From Hufsiella ginkgonis (lineage in GTDB: Bacteria > Bacteroidota > Bacteroidia > Sphingobacteriales > Sphingobacteriaceae), in contig NZ_WVHS01000003.1 in assembly GCF_009834915.1 (NCBI RefSeq), positions 589,988-653,987 of the forward strand: DNA of 64,000 bases, written 5' to 3'. Positions 39,979-51,300 of the stretch are shown here, piece after piece. Under the pieces are notes generated by a model. That model did not search any database and was not told the DNA's origin. It saw only the letters and a program-made list of their open reading frames with translations. Made by a program: the position numbers and the translations under genes. Every line of letters starts with the position of its first letter. Positions within the stretch are counted from its first letter, which is position 1.

Positions 39979-40052
39979 CTTAAACGCCGCCGTTGCCGTC
40001 TTCAGTCTTCACCTGAATCGCACGCAACGGCCGGACCAGTTGTTAGAGAGCG

Positions 40053-41003
40053 TTAGTCAGCTATGTTTGAATCCTGGTAAGTGCTCCATTGGGCAGTACC
40101 CTTCGGTTCCGCTGCAATAACTTCCTGGCTTTTTATTTCGCTCATTGCTGCGTCGAGTTCGGCTACTTCTTCCAGTTCCGCTTCTTTGGCATCGTCTAAT
40201 ACGGTGAGGCCTTCTGTGGCCTGTACATAGGCGATGGGATCCTGGACATAGTCCCAGTCTTTTCCTAAGTCGGGCATTTCGCCTTTATTCCACGGACCGC
40301 GAACGCTTGCCTGCGGCGACATATTGAAATATTGCCGGGTAAAACGCGGATCTGCCTGGAGTACTCCCGGCGGGAAGTTTGGCTGGATGGTTTCCAGTGC
40401 AGCTTCAAACATCTTGTAATGGGCCACTTCGCGGGTCATCAGGAAAGAAAGCGTTTCCTTTACATACGGATCGTCCGTAAATTTCATCAGGTGTTCGTAC
40501 ACCAGTTTCGCACGTGATTCTGAAGCCAGGTTACTTCTCAGGTCGACGGTAAGATCGCCGTTCGAGTGAATGTACGAGGCGCACCATGGAATACCCTGGC
40601 TGTTGGTTAATCTTGGACCTCCCGAGCTAAGAGTTACGAAATGCGGGTTAGCGGTGAGTGCCTGGTGGATGATATTCTCGCGGGCTTCTGCGCCGTCCAT
40701 CACCTGCATGATCTCCGATTCGTCGGCGGCATTTTTCAGCTCGCCGTTCACGCCTTTAAGCAGCATCTGGATGGTGGCGCCTACGATCTCAAGGTGGCTG
40801 AATTCCTCTACGGCGATATCCATCAGCATATCGTATTTGTCGGGATGCGACATTTTGGCGCCGTAAGCCTGGGTGAAATACTGCATGGCGGCAGCAAGCT
40901 CGCCGTTCTCGCCGCCGAATTGTTCGAGCAGGAGGTTTGCGAAACGCGGATCAGGGCGCGACACCCTGGCGTTAAATTGTAGATCTTTTACGTGATAGAA
41001 CAT
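40053..41003 (-). CDS. Manganese catalase family protein
   Basis: MFYHVKDLQFNARVSRPDPRFANLLLEQFGGENGELAAAMQYFTQA is the canonical Mn-catalase N-terminus (ferritin-like di-Mn site glutamates present). Confidence 0.9.
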   Translation of the reverse strand: MFYHVKDLQFNARVSRPDPRFANLLLEQFGGENGELAAAMQYFTQAYGAKMSHPDKYDMLMDIAVEEFSHLEIVGATIQMLLKGVNGELKNAADESEIMQVMDGAEARENIIHQALTANPHFVTLSSGGPRLTNSQGIPWCASYIHSNGDLTVDLRSNLASESRAKLVYEHLMKFTDDPYVKETLSFLMTREVAHYKMFEAALETIQPNFPPGVLQADPRFTRQYFNMSPQASVRGPWNKGEMPDLGKDWDYVQDPIAYVQATEGLTVLDDAKEAELEEVAELDAAMSEIKSQEVIAAEPKGTAQWSTYQDSNIAD

Positions 41004-41269
41004 GTTTTTTGGGGGTTATAGATGACATTAATTAGCTGGAAATCCAAGGTAATAGGCATTGTTTAATACGGCTGGTATCTGTCTGGACTGGTGATCTTAC
41101 AGAACGACTGTGCCCGGGTTAATACCGGTAATGCCATACAGCTTTTTAAAAGAACAGCGTTGTGCCTGATAGGTTGGGGCTATAAATACCCAATCTGATA
41201 TGGATTAGTACGCAGTTTTGGTGCGGGAAGATCCATTCGCCCGGGATAAGTAAGTTTATACTTCCCCTG

Positions 41270-41917
41270 CTATCGTATGATATTGTACTGGATGGCAAAA
41301 CGGATCAGGTCGGCGGTATTTATGGTGCCCGTTTTATTTAACAACTTCTGCCTGTGGCCTTCGATGGTTCGGCGGCTCGAGAATAGCTTATCAGCAATCT
41401 GGTTATTTGTCATGCCCCTGGCAACATACTTCAACACTTCGCTCTCGCGTTCGGTTAGGTGCTCGCACTTGAATTCCTTTTCGTTGGGGATATAAAATGC
41501 TGAAGGTTGCTTAATCAGAAGCCGGGACAACGATGAGGCGAGATAAGTATATCCTGCCGCCACATGCCTGAGTGCGAATACGAATTCAGTAGTTGGAATG
41601 GTTTTTAACAGGTATCCCAGCACACCGGCCGCAAACGCTTTGTATACGTAATCCTGGTGATCCAGCATCGAAAGGATTACCATTTTAACTTCCGGAAATT
41701 CTTGCTTTAAATCGCGAACCAGTTCAATACCGTCCTTGTCGGGCATATTAATGTCTGTAACTACCATGTTTATCTCAGGCTGGCTTTGTATAACCGCTTG
41801 TGCTTCCGCCGCACAGGAGGCCGTCGCTTTTATACAAAGATCCGGCTCATCTGCAAGTAATAAGCATATGCCATCCCTAACCAGTATATGGTCCTCTACG
41901 AGAAGAATATTTATCAT
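41270..41917 (-). CDS. Response regulator, NarL/LuxR family (REC + HTH_LuxR)
   Basis: MINILLVEDHILVRDG...D (receiver); C-terminal ESEVLKYVARGMTNNQIADKLFSSRRTIEGHRQKLLNKTG. Confidence 0.9.
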   Translation of the reverse strand: MINILLVEDHILVRDGICLLLADEPDLCIKATASCAAEAQAVIQSQPEINMVVTDINMPDKDGIELVRDLKQEFPEVKMVILSMLDHQDYVYKAFAAGVLGYLLKTIPTTEFVFALRHVAAGYTYLASSLSRLLIKQPSAFYIPNEKEFKCEHLTERESEVLKYVARGMTNNQIADKLFSSRRTIEGHRQKLLNKTGTINTADLIRFAIQYNIIR

Positions 41918-41987
41918 AAGCTGTTAATAAGTCATTATCAATCGTATCGTTACCGCATATTGAATAATTAAATCCTTCTATACTTCA

Positions 41988-42998
41988 TTACACTGGCATA
42001 TCACTTTTCGTTCCCTTATCGTCCGTAAGGAGAATGGATTTAATCCGGTCTATATGTACCTGGGAATTTTCGATACGTTCCTCCGAGGTTCTTAAAGTTG
42101 CTCCGTGCTGATCTGCGGCCATTGTGGTAAGGAGATTTTTCCGTTCTTCAAACATGCGCAAGGCTACCCACATGGTTTCTTCTATCTTCATGGTTTGTTC
42201 TGCAAGCAGCACCTTAGCGGTATAAGCATGGCCGGTATGGCAACGGTAACGGGTTGCTTTTCCGCTTCCTATCTTCCAAAGTATGCCTCCGCAACCAGGG
42301 CAGTTAAAGGGTACTTGTTTGCCCAGTGCTTTTACGGCAGGCAGATCACTTAATACGCGTTTAGCAATCTTTGATTCGATAAGCAGGTCTACTGGAATGG
42401 GTATCTTTTCCCGGTTATCGTTTACAAGCGTTTTCAGTATGTCTCCCATTTCTGCAATCGGGACGCAATAATCCGCTTTAACCTGGTTTAAGGCATTTTT
42501 CGGCATGTCGGGGTAGTCCGCATCATCGGGATCTTGCACTATACTGCTACCGCCACATCTGCTAATGGCAACTAAACCAGCAGTGCCATCGTCGAGATAC
42601 CCGGTGAGAATGATCCCGATGGCTCTGTTCCCGAACGTAACGGCTGCCGAGCGAAACAGCGGATCGATAGCGGGCCGCCACCGGTTTTCCTGCGCGCCTT
42701 TTGTCACCAGCAGGGTGTCCGTATCGCCGACCATCAAGTGGTGATCTGAAGGAGCCAGGTATAAATGACCAGCTAACATAGGAGCCCCATTCAGCGCACG
42801 GCTGCATTTCAGGCCGCTGGTCTTCCTCAGCGCATCAAGCAAAACGTCGCCGCTGGCATCGGCAGAAATATGCTGAACCACTAATACAGGCGCTGGAAAG
42901 TCATCGCCGAGTTGCTTAGTTAATTCCATTAACGCTTTGAGCCCACCAGCCGAAGTGCCGATAACAACAACACGTGCAAGCTGATTCTGTATTTTCAT
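41988..42998 (-). CDS. CheB-type methylesterase domain protein lacking a REC domain, with a C-terminal Zn-ribbon-containing domain
   Basis: VVVIGTSAGGLKALMEL...PVLVVQHISADASGD (CheB methylesterase catalytic region). The C-terminal about 130 aa contain CPGCGG...YRCHTGH (four-ligand Zn-ribbon-like). Start taken at MKIQNQ (the listed ORF starts 14 codons upstream). Confidence 0.8.
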   Translation of the reverse strand: MKIQNQLARVVVIGTSAGGLKALMELTKQLGDDFPAPVLVVQHISADASGDVLLDALRKTSGLKCSRALNGAPMLAGHLYLAPSDHHLMVGDTDTLLVTKGAQENRWRPAIDPLFRSAAVTFGNRAIGIILTGYLDDGTAGLVAISRCGGSSIVQDPDDADYPDMPKNALNQVKADYCVPIAEMGDILKTLVNDNREKIPIPVDLLIESKIAKRVLSDLPAVKALGKQVPFNCPGCGGILWKIGSGKATRYRCHTGHAYTAKVLLAEQTMKIEETMWVALRMFEERKNLLTTMAADQHGATLRTSEERIENSQVHIDRIKSILLTDDKGTKSDMPV

Positions 42999-43106
42999 TT
43001 GAATATTGTTTTTTAATGTAATGAAGCTATTGTGTGCCACAAAGTTTTTTCATCACGGTTTCTGTGGTGCGGACACATGATGGTTTAAGCACACCTGGGT
43101 TGATGT

Positions 43107-44219
43107 TCAAAGACGGGGCAGTTTAAAGTAAAATGCCGATCCCTTGCCTACTTCACTTTCTACCCATATTTCGCCCTGATGACGTTTAATGATCTCCGCG
43201 CTCAGGTACAGGCCGAGTCCGAAGCCAGAAATGCTTTCGCCGGTGACATTATCAACCCGGTAATACCTGTCGAACAGTTTTTCCCGGTCTTTTGGACTGA
43301 TACCCCGTCCGCAATCGGTTACGACTACTTGTATTGCGAGCGGGTCGACCTGGCACCCGATATTAACCCGGCTGCCGTGTGCGGAATATTTTATGGCGTT
43401 CCCCAACAGGTTACCTATAACCTGCGCGATCTTTTCCTTATCGGCTAACAATGTGGTGGGGAAACAAGGGGATGATTCGATATTCCGGGCCGGGTCGGCC
43501 AGCATTGTCTCCTCTACAATCTCAGCTATTAAGGTATTGATCTCGAACGGCGATTTGTCCAGGTGGATCTTGCCGGCGTCCAGCTGTGCTACATTAAGAA
43601 AGCCATTGATCAGCGCGTTCATTTTTTTTAGCTGGATGTTGGCTTTGTCTAAAGCGCCGGCGGCGAAAGCATCTTTGGCGCTCCTGGCCCTTGCCATCAC
43701 TATCTGCACATAGCCTTGTACGGATGTTAGCGGAGTTTTCAGCTCGTGGCTAACCATAGCGATAAAATCGCTCATACGAATCACGTCCAGCTTTTTTTCG
43801 GTGATATCGCTGAATACGATAATAGCTCCTTCTATTTCGCCGTCAGTTTGCCGGACGGCCGGGAGTGTGATCACTTGGTACCACTTCCCGGCGACGGTTT
43901 CGACCTCACGGTTAATGACATCGCCCGAGGTGATAACGTTCAGGGCATCGCCCGCAAGCGTCTCCTTTTTTAAATTGGTCATGAGGCTGCTGACCGGCCT
44001 GCCGACGTCGGTTTCTCTTATGCCAACCAGATCGCCGAGGTCTGGAGATAACCTTTTCAATACCAGTGATTTATCTATATACAGTTGTGCGTTAATGCTG
44101 GTCCGTCCCCGGGGCTTTAAGCGGATTACGTTGTTTAACCAATTAGGTTTAGTCATAGGCTTTTCCATGTTAATCCAGGAGCAACTGCTGTGTGAAACTG
44201 TCATTACCGCAGCCTGCAT
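43107..44219 (-). CDS. PAS-domain sensor histidine kinase (cytoplasmic), paralogous to the C-terminal half of the 1064-aa CheB-CheR-HK fusion
   Basis: DVGRPVSSLMTNL...VETVAGKWYQVITLPAVRQTDGEIEGAIIVFSDITEKK closely parallels the PAS segment of ORF 48352..51546; then HisKA (VSHELKTPL) and HATPase_c. Confidence 0.85.
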   Translation of the reverse strand: MQAAVMTVSHSSCSWINMEKPMTKPNWLNNVIRLKPRGRTSINAQLYIDKSLVLKRLSPDLGDLVGIRETDVGRPVSSLMTNLKKETLAGDALNVITSGDVINREVETVAGKWYQVITLPAVRQTDGEIEGAIIVFSDITEKKLDVIRMSDFIAMVSHELKTPLTSVQGYVQIVMARARSAKDAFAAGALDKANIQLKKMNALINGFLNVAQLDAGKIHLDKSPFEINTLIAEIVEETMLADPARNIESSPCFPTTLLADKEKIAQVIGNLLGNAIKYSAHGSRVNIGCQVDPLAIQVVVTDCGRGISPKDREKLFDRYYRVDNVTGESISGFGLGLYLSAEIIKRHQGEIWVESEVGKGSAFYFKLPRL

Positions 44220-44783
44220 AACCTTATTGATCCGGAAGTGCGATTTGCAACCCGTGATCTCCTCCAGTTAATTTTCGAAAGCGTAGATTGCTGTAAATCT
44301 ACCGAAAGTAGCTATTAGAACCTTGTGAATAACTACGGTAACGGACTGATGATCAGTGAATAAATTGGTACCTGCCAGGGTATTTATCGCTATTTGTTAC
44401 GTATTAATCTGGAACTCCAGCTAAAATGGCGCTGCCAGGTGCATGTACATCACACTGCGTGGCTACATTTGGCTCACAGGCATGTGTGTATGCCTTACTT
44501 AGCATGAGCCGTCTGGCAAATATCAGGTAGAGGAGGCCGGCGTTTTTCAAAATGCGCCTGGCGCCCCGGCATTAATTGTATCGGTATGGTACTTATGATG
44601 GTCCATCATGGATAAAATGACGGCCTTAATCCGCTTTCAGTCGGCGGTCGGGCAGCAACGACCAGATTCCGTTCCCGGCAATAGATGATCTTCTTGCGAG
44701 TAATCATAAATGCGATTAAACGACAAACGCTTTGAGCATAAATACGTTTAATCCATTAGACGATAACCCGCTGGCGGGAGCAA

Positions 44784-44996
44784 TTAAGCCAGTCCTGGTC
44801 CCGCCGGACTAACAATAATCAGGTCCTCAGCCGGAAACCAATCCTGTCGCACGGCCGGATCGTAGCCAACCAGGTGATCACAATTGGCCATGCCATTTTC
44901 TATGGCGTTTACAGCCATTTCCAGTCCGCCGTTAACCTTCGGATCGCGGTGTTTTACATAATCACCCACCGAGATGGTATTGTTTTTTTTCTCCAT
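44784..44996 (-). CDS. Small protein, DUF2158 (YodC-like)
   Basis: 70 aa; ...SVGDYVKHRDPKVNGG... resembles DUF2158. Confidence 0.5.
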   Translation of the reverse strand: MEKKNNTISVGDYVKHRDPKVNGGLEMAVNAIENGMANCDHLVGYDPAVRQDWFPAEDLIIVSPAGPGLA

Positions 44997-45058
44997 ATGA
45001 TATTATAAGGGCCGGATACTAACCCGGCCTAATTATTACCGCAAAATATTGGAATTGT

Positions 45059-45544
45059 TTAACGCTTTTTTCTTCGGAAGAAGGATATGATTGCCGCGGT
45101 TACCAGCACTGCCACTACCGTTTTTTTAATCACACCTTTTTTGTTGTACTTCCATGAAGACTTTAAGCCGCGTTCCGCAAAGATGTTCGGAATATGACCA
45201 TGTGCCAAGTCCCCGAGCACACCCTCATAAACGTTGATTCGGTCGGCGAGGATAAGCGGTATCCAATGCCGATAGCGGTCCTCGCTGTGTTTAAAGGCGT
45301 ATCGCCGGATCATCCCGCTTAAGCCCGACGGAGGTGTAGAAGTTCCGAAAACAGCGGTAAGCGCCGGCCGTTCGGTTGACATCAGCAGTTCCACATCGGC
45401 AGGCTGCTGTTCAGAACGTTCATAGTTAATCCGGTTATGGTCGTCACCCGTGTAATTTTTCATGGGATAGGTTGGCTCGTTTTCCGGATCTGCATCCATT
45501 CCGTAACCGGGAATGTCTTGGATATTTACTGGTATATTTTTCAT
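45059..45544 (-). CDS. Hypothetical tail-anchored protein (single C-terminal TM)
   Basis: 161 aa, soluble N-terminal region, C-terminal VVAVLVTAAIISFFRRKKR; 10 bp downstream of the ADH gene. Confidence 0.5.
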   Translation of the reverse strand: MKNIPVNIQDIPGYGMDADPENEPTYPMKNYTGDDHNRINYERSEQQPADVELLMSTERPALTAVFGTSTPPSGLSGMIRRYAFKHSEDRYRHWIPLILADRINVYEGVLGDLAHGHIPNIFAERGLKSSWKYNKKGVIKKTVVAVLVTAAIISFFRRKKR

Positions 45545-45554
45545 AGTAGTTTCT

Positions 45555-46709
45555 TTAGCTCCTTGCGGAAGGTGGAATAAGCACTGTTTTAATACAATTA
45601 TCGAGCTTGGAGGAGAAGATGTTATAGGCGTCTGAGATCTCTTCCAGCGGTATTCGGTGCGTGATGAGTCCCTTAGGATTCAACCTGCCCGACTGGACAT
45701 GGTCGATCAGCCTCGGTAACAGCCGTTTTACCGAAGCCTGGTTAGCCCGAATTGTTATACCTTTATTGACGACGTTCCCAATCGGGAGCAAGTTAAACGG
45801 GGGACCATATACACCGACAATAGATACGATACCCCCTTTTTTTACGGAGTTTATAGCCCATTGCAAGGCGGTAGCGGCGCCGGCCTGCATTAACGTTACC
45901 CGGCCGCTGAAGGTTTGGAGCGTATTTCCTTCAGCTTCGCATCCCACGCAGTCGATACAAACGTCGGCTCCGTACCAATCGGTAGCCTTTTTTAGAAATT
46001 CGACCGGGTCCTTCATAAATTTAAAGTTGTAAGCTTCGCATTTGGCATAGTTCTGGGCAAACTCCAGCCGGTAATCTAAATGGTCAATAATGATCACCCT
46101 TGATGGTCCAAAAAACCAGGCGCACCGCGCGGCCATGATACCTATTGGACCTGCACCGAATACTACTACCGTATCGCCCGGCTTGATCCCACCCATTTCG
46201 GCGGCCTGGTAACCGGTTGGCACCACGTCAGTGAGCATTACTGCATCGTCGGGATCCATATCGGCGGGTATCACGGTTGGGCCTACATCTGCGTAAGGTA
46301 CGCGTACATATTCCGCCTGCCCGCCGTCATAGCCACCGGCGGTATGTGAATACCCGAAGATACCACCGACAGCTGTAGCCATCGGGTTCGATTCGTGACA
46401 GTTGCCATAAAGGCCTTGTTTGCAGAAATTGCATTTACCGCAGGCGATGTTAAACGGGACGAGCACGTGGTCTCCGACTTTTAACTTTTGCACCAGGGGA
46501 CCGACTTCTTCTACTATCCCCGTGAATTCGTGTCCGAAGGTCATGCCCACCCTGGTATCTGGTACCATTCCATGGTAGAGGTGAAGGTCGGATCCGCAGA
46601 TACATGACCGGGTTACCCGTACGATGGCATCTTCAGGATGTTTGATCTCCGGCATGGGTCGTTGCTCGGCGCGGACGCGGTAAGGCCCTCGATAGTTCAT
46701 AGCTAGCAT
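45555..46709 (-). CDS. Zinc-dependent alcohol dehydrogenase (MDR family, formaldehyde-dehydrogenase-like)
   Basis: CICGSDLHLYHG catalytic Zn motif; structural Zn Cys cluster (CGKCNFCKQGLYGNC); GAGPIG Rossmann motif. Alternative ATG starts at 46700 and 46754. Confidence 0.9.
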   Translation of the reverse strand: MLAMNYRGPYRVRAEQRPMPEIKHPEDAIVRVTRSCICGSDLHLYHGMVPDTRVGMTFGHEFTGIVEEVGPLVQKLKVGDHVLVPFNIACGKCNFCKQGLYGNCHESNPMATAVGGIFGYSHTAGGYDGGQAEYVRVPYADVGPTVIPADMDPDDAVMLTDVVPTGYQAAEMGGIKPGDTVVVFGAGPIGIMAARCAWFFGPSRVIIIDHLDYRLEFAQNYAKCEAYNFKFMKDPVEFLKKATDWYGADVCIDCVGCEAEGNTLQTFSGRVTLMQAGAATALQWAINSVKKGGIVSIVGVYGPPFNLLPIGNVVNKGITIRANQASVKRLLPRLIDHVQSGRLNPKGLITHRIPLEEISDAYNIFSSKLDNCIKTVLIPPSARS

Positions 46710-47014
46710 AGTACGTTGTTTAAGTTTAGTTAGTGATTCTGTTAGATGTGGCACGGTCGCTTCATCGCGGTCTATGCGTTATTAGCTGATTACGTCAAAG
46801 CATATGCCTTAACGAAACAGCTGGTTTTTCAAGCAGGGAGCGAAATAAAATCCGAATTCAACTAAAAATTGGTGGAATGACTGTACCATATCATGCACAC
46901 GTAATAATCGCGGTAGTCGACGACAGAACTACGCAATCTGCCGTTCATCCGTTTTTGTTCCTGTAACATTTGGACGGTACCTGTGTTGCACCCAATAGCC
47001 TCACATGGCGAGTT

Positions 47015-48016
47015 ATGGGAAATATAAAAAAGGTGCTGATACTCTCGGCTGGTCTTGCACTCATGTTTGGAAGGTACCCGGTGTCGTGGTTTTTGTCGTC
47101 TCGGCGCGGCCGGAGAACGCCGTTAAGACGTCCGCCAGTTGAACGTCACTTCATCAACTGCCCTGACGGTAATGTATTTTATGCCGAAATTGACGGGCCT
47201 GAACACGCACAACCCATTGTATTTTTACACGGTCTCGGCGCCAGTATCGAACAATGGCCATTTCAAATTGCGTATTTTAAAGATCAGTACCGGGTCGTAC
47301 TGGTAGACCTGCCGGGACACGGCCGTGCGCCCAAGCCGGTGGATCTGTCTATTGACCGCCTGGCGTCAGGGCTGGCGGAGGTGATCGGCCACCTGGGTTT
47401 GAAAAATCCTGTTCTGTATGGTCATAGCATGGGTTCCATGGTCATTATGTCCTATTGCATTAGAAATGATCATGATGTGAAGGCGGTAGTTTTACAGCAT
47501 GGGAGTTTTACCGACCCGTTAAAAACCTGCCAGTATCCAATGGTTATGCAATTGGCGAAACTGCCGCTAATTGTGCCTTTCCTTCATTTTGTGAAAAGGA
47601 ATTCGCTGGTGTTCCGGGTAAATGGCTGGTTATGCTACCTCTCAGGGTTAAGCTTGTTTTTGTACAGGTATCTTTTTTTTACCGGGGAACAGTCGGCGTA
47701 TCAACTTCGCCTGGTATCGAAGATCCTGGCCCGCACGGCACCGGAAGTGCTTGCCGAAGGACTACTGCAATGTTTTAAGTTTAACGTACGGAAAGACCTT
47801 CCTAAGATCGCAATACCTGCGCTGGTGTTAGGTGCAGGTCACGACCGGGTCATCAGGTCATGGGCGAACCGGATCATCGCCTCAAACATCCCTGCGGGTC
47901 GGTTTAAACAAGTGGGTGCGGGGCATCAAAGTTTACTTGAGGTGCCCGACCAGGTGAACGGGGCTATCGGCGATTTTCTTAATCACCTATCACCAACTTT
48001 GCCGCTGAGCAAATAA
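47015..48016 (+). CDS. Alpha/beta hydrolase
   Basis: IVFLHGLGASIEQW...; nucleophile elbow YGHSMGSMV; start uncertain (ORF from 46970 begins with a non-ATG codon). Confidence 0.8.
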   Translation: MGNIKKVLILSAGLALMFGRYPVSWFLSSRRGRRTPLRRPPVERHFINCPDGNVFYAEIDGPEHAQPIVFLHGLGASIEQWPFQIAYFKDQYRVVLVDLPGHGRAPKPVDLSIDRLASGLAEVIGHLGLKNPVLYGHSMGSMVIMSYCIRNDHDVKAVVLQHGSFTDPLKTCQYPMVMQLAKLPLIVPFLHFVKRNSLVFRVNGWLCYLSGLSLFLYRYLFFTGEQSAYQLRLVSKILARTAPEVLAEGLLQCFKFNVRKDLPKIAIPALVLGAGHDRVIRSWANRIIASNIPAGRFKQVGAGHQSLLEVPDQVNGAIGDFLNHLSPTLPLSK

Positions 48017-48351
48017 CGACTCAGGTTCACAAAAAAGACCGCATTTTCTGACGGCACATCTTTGATTATCTAACGTGTCAATGTATATTTCAAACGTGGC
48101 GTTCCGGGCTGCCTTTTAGACATGTTTAGGAATTAATACCTGTTTTGGGCCCGATAATTACGCAATAGCGGGGGGGCAATTTACTTCAATGAAATGTTCG
48201 GTCATTAGCCCGGGTAAGAGCGTTTGTTAAAACTTCCTTACATTTATTTAGTTATTCAATTGCACTCTCTTCACCTGCCTGTAGTACATAAGGCTCTTGT
48301 TCAAAGCAGTTACTAACTGGCTTTGTTATACCGGTCTGTATTTAACTAATA

Positions 48352-51300
48352 TTGGAACCTATGCCTTCAGTAGAACCGCATCATATTATTGCCATTGGGT
48401 CCTCTGCCGGCGGATTGGACGAGATCAACGCTTTTTTTGACCATACCCCGGTGGACAATGTTTCTTATGTCATTATCCAGCATTTTTCCCCGGACTTTAA
48501 AAGTAAGATGGTCGGACTGCTTTCCAGGCACAGTAAGCTCATCGTTGAGGAAGCCAGTGATGGTGCAGACATTAAAAGTAACCAGGTATACCTGATCCCT
48601 AACGATCAGTTTATGACCATCAGGGACGGAAGGCTATACTTAAGCAGCAAAACAAACGTCCGGGGCCCCCATCTCACGATCAATACTTTCTTTACCTCGC
48701 TAGCCGAAGATTGCGGGAGTAAAGCGATCGGCATCGTGCTGTCGGGGCTGGGTACGGATGGCAGCGAGGGAGTGAAAGCAATCAAAAAAGCGGGCGGTAT
48801 GGTGATCGCAAGGACTCCAGATACGACCGAATTCGGCAGTATGCCGTCCAGTGCCATCGCAACAGGAATGGTTGACTTTGTCCTGGAGCCCGAATTAATG
48901 CCTGACGCTATCGGCGACTTCGTGAAGTATGAGGTAAAGATCGTGGCTGACACCCCGGAAGATGAGGCAATTATGAGCGCTATTATTGATCTCATTAAGG
49001 AAAGGTCTCCACTTGACTTCTCGGATTATAAGCTGACCACGCTGCTGCGGCGTACCAGGAAAAGGGCCGCTTATTGTAACCATACCACGCTGGGAAACTA
49101 TCTTGATTTTTTAAGGTCTTCGCCCGAAGAAGCCACGGTGCTTGCCAAAGACTTCCTCATCGGCGTCACCTCTTTTTTCCGTGACCCGGACGTGTTTGAT
49201 TTTGTGCAAAGCGATGTGCTTCCCCGTCTGCTCCAAAGCCTGTCGCCCGGCGAGGAATTAAAGCTCTGGGTAGCCGGTTGTGCGACGGGGGAAGAAGCCT
49301 ACTCCCTGGCCATAGCGATCTGTGAGTTATTGACAGGCGATTTGAAAGATACCGTCGTAAAGATTTTTGCCACCGACATCGACAGTGTGGCGCTTGTTTC
49401 CGCCGGCAGGGGAGTGTATAATTCCGGTATCACCAAATACGTTTCTTCCGGGCGGCTCGACCGGCATTTTATAAAGGAGGGTGACAAGTACCGGGTTAAA
49501 CCCGCGATACGAAAGATGGTGATCTTCGCCAGGCATGATATGGTGAAGAACCCGCCCTACTGTAATATGCATTTTATCAGCTGCCGCAACCTGCTGATCT
49601 ATATGACACCCGTTTTGCAAAAGAAGCTTTTTACCATGATGCTCTTTGGCTTGCGAAAGAACGGTTACCTGCTGTTAGGCTCCAGCGAGACTCCGGCGCC
49701 CATTATCGGGAGCCTGGAAGTGATCCATAAGAGATTCAAGGTGTACAGGAACCTGGAGGTTAAGCGGGTATTGAGCCTCGATAATTTTTCCCTGCCGGAT
49801 CTGCCTGGAGCGATCCATGCTGCGCCGGTCTTTTCAAAAGGAAGTACCAACCAGCAAGCTAACCATGTGCTGGCGGAAGCCATGACCCAGGGCTTGGTTA
49901 CCGAAATGGATTGCCTGGTGATGTGCGTCGATGAGCGAAACCACGTGTTAAAATCATACGGAGATACGACAAGATACCTGCTCCAAAAGAACTTTACTCA
50001 CAATCTGCCTGACCTCCTGCCAGCACCGCTCGCCGTGGCGTTTAACGCATTAACGAGCAATGTGTTAAGAACAGGCAAGCGTGAGGCTGTTAAAGGAATC
50101 AGGTTACGGCGGGGGGAGGCAGACCTGGAGTTAACCTTAACGGCGAGCCCCCTTGCACTACCACAGCCTGACCGTCGTTGTTTAATGGTAACCATAAGTG
50201 AGGATACTGCCGCCCCTTTTATGGGGAATGCAGTGTTGTTTGATGACCAGCTCTATCACGGGCAGTATACAATTAACCTGGAAGAAGCGGTAAGGGAATT
50301 GAAAGAGCAGCTGATTTCGGCCCACGAGCAACTGGATGCCTCCAATGAGAACCTGCAGTCGTTTAACGAAGAGCTGATCTCCGCTAATGAAGAGATGCAA
50401 AGCACCAACGAGGAAATGCAGTCTGTTAACGAGGAATTGCAGACCATTAACGCGGATTACCAGCTTAAAAACCGGGAGCTCACTGAAATTAACGACGACC
50501 TGAATAACTATTTCAGGAGCAATGTCAACGGTCAGTTATTCATCAGCGACGACCTCCTGCTGATGAAGTTTTCACCCGGAACAGTCGGCCAGATCAACCT
50601 GGTGGAATCGGATATCGGGCGGCCACTCCACCATATTTCTACAAATATCAAATTTGATACGATCATTGAGGATATCAAGCAAGTGTTGTCGGAAGGGTCT
50701 GTGCTAGCTAAGGAGGTTGAGACCCATGACGGCAAGTGGTACCAGGTCATGACGATGCCTTATGTACGGCAGGCCGATAATCATAATACGGGGGCAATTA
50801 TCACTTTCAGTGATATCACTGAGTTAAAGAAGACACAAATAGCGCTTGATGGACGAAATAAAAGTTTGCAAAGGATCAACGCTGATCTCGATCATTTTAT
50901 CCATGCGGCGTCACATGACCTGCTGGCACCGTTAGGCAATATAGAAACGAGTATCAATATTATGAATAAGATGTCGCTATCGGATACCAAGCTGGTCGAT
51001 TTTCATGGTATTATCAACACCTCTATAAAGACGTTCCGCTCGCTAATCACTGATATTGCATCCATCGCAAGGGTGGAGGGTAATATGCTGGCCATGGAAA
51101 TGGTGAATGTAGAGGACCTGGTAAATAACGTGCGGTGGAGCCTGGAAGATAAAATTGAATTGTCCGGCGCTACCATTACCCTCGAGCTTGAGGCTACTCA
51201 TATTTTCTTTTCCAAAAAAAATCTCCGGAGCATTTTGTTCAACCTGGTTTCGAACGCGATCAAATTTAGGGGCGATGCCCTGCCAATGATCGTTATTCGT

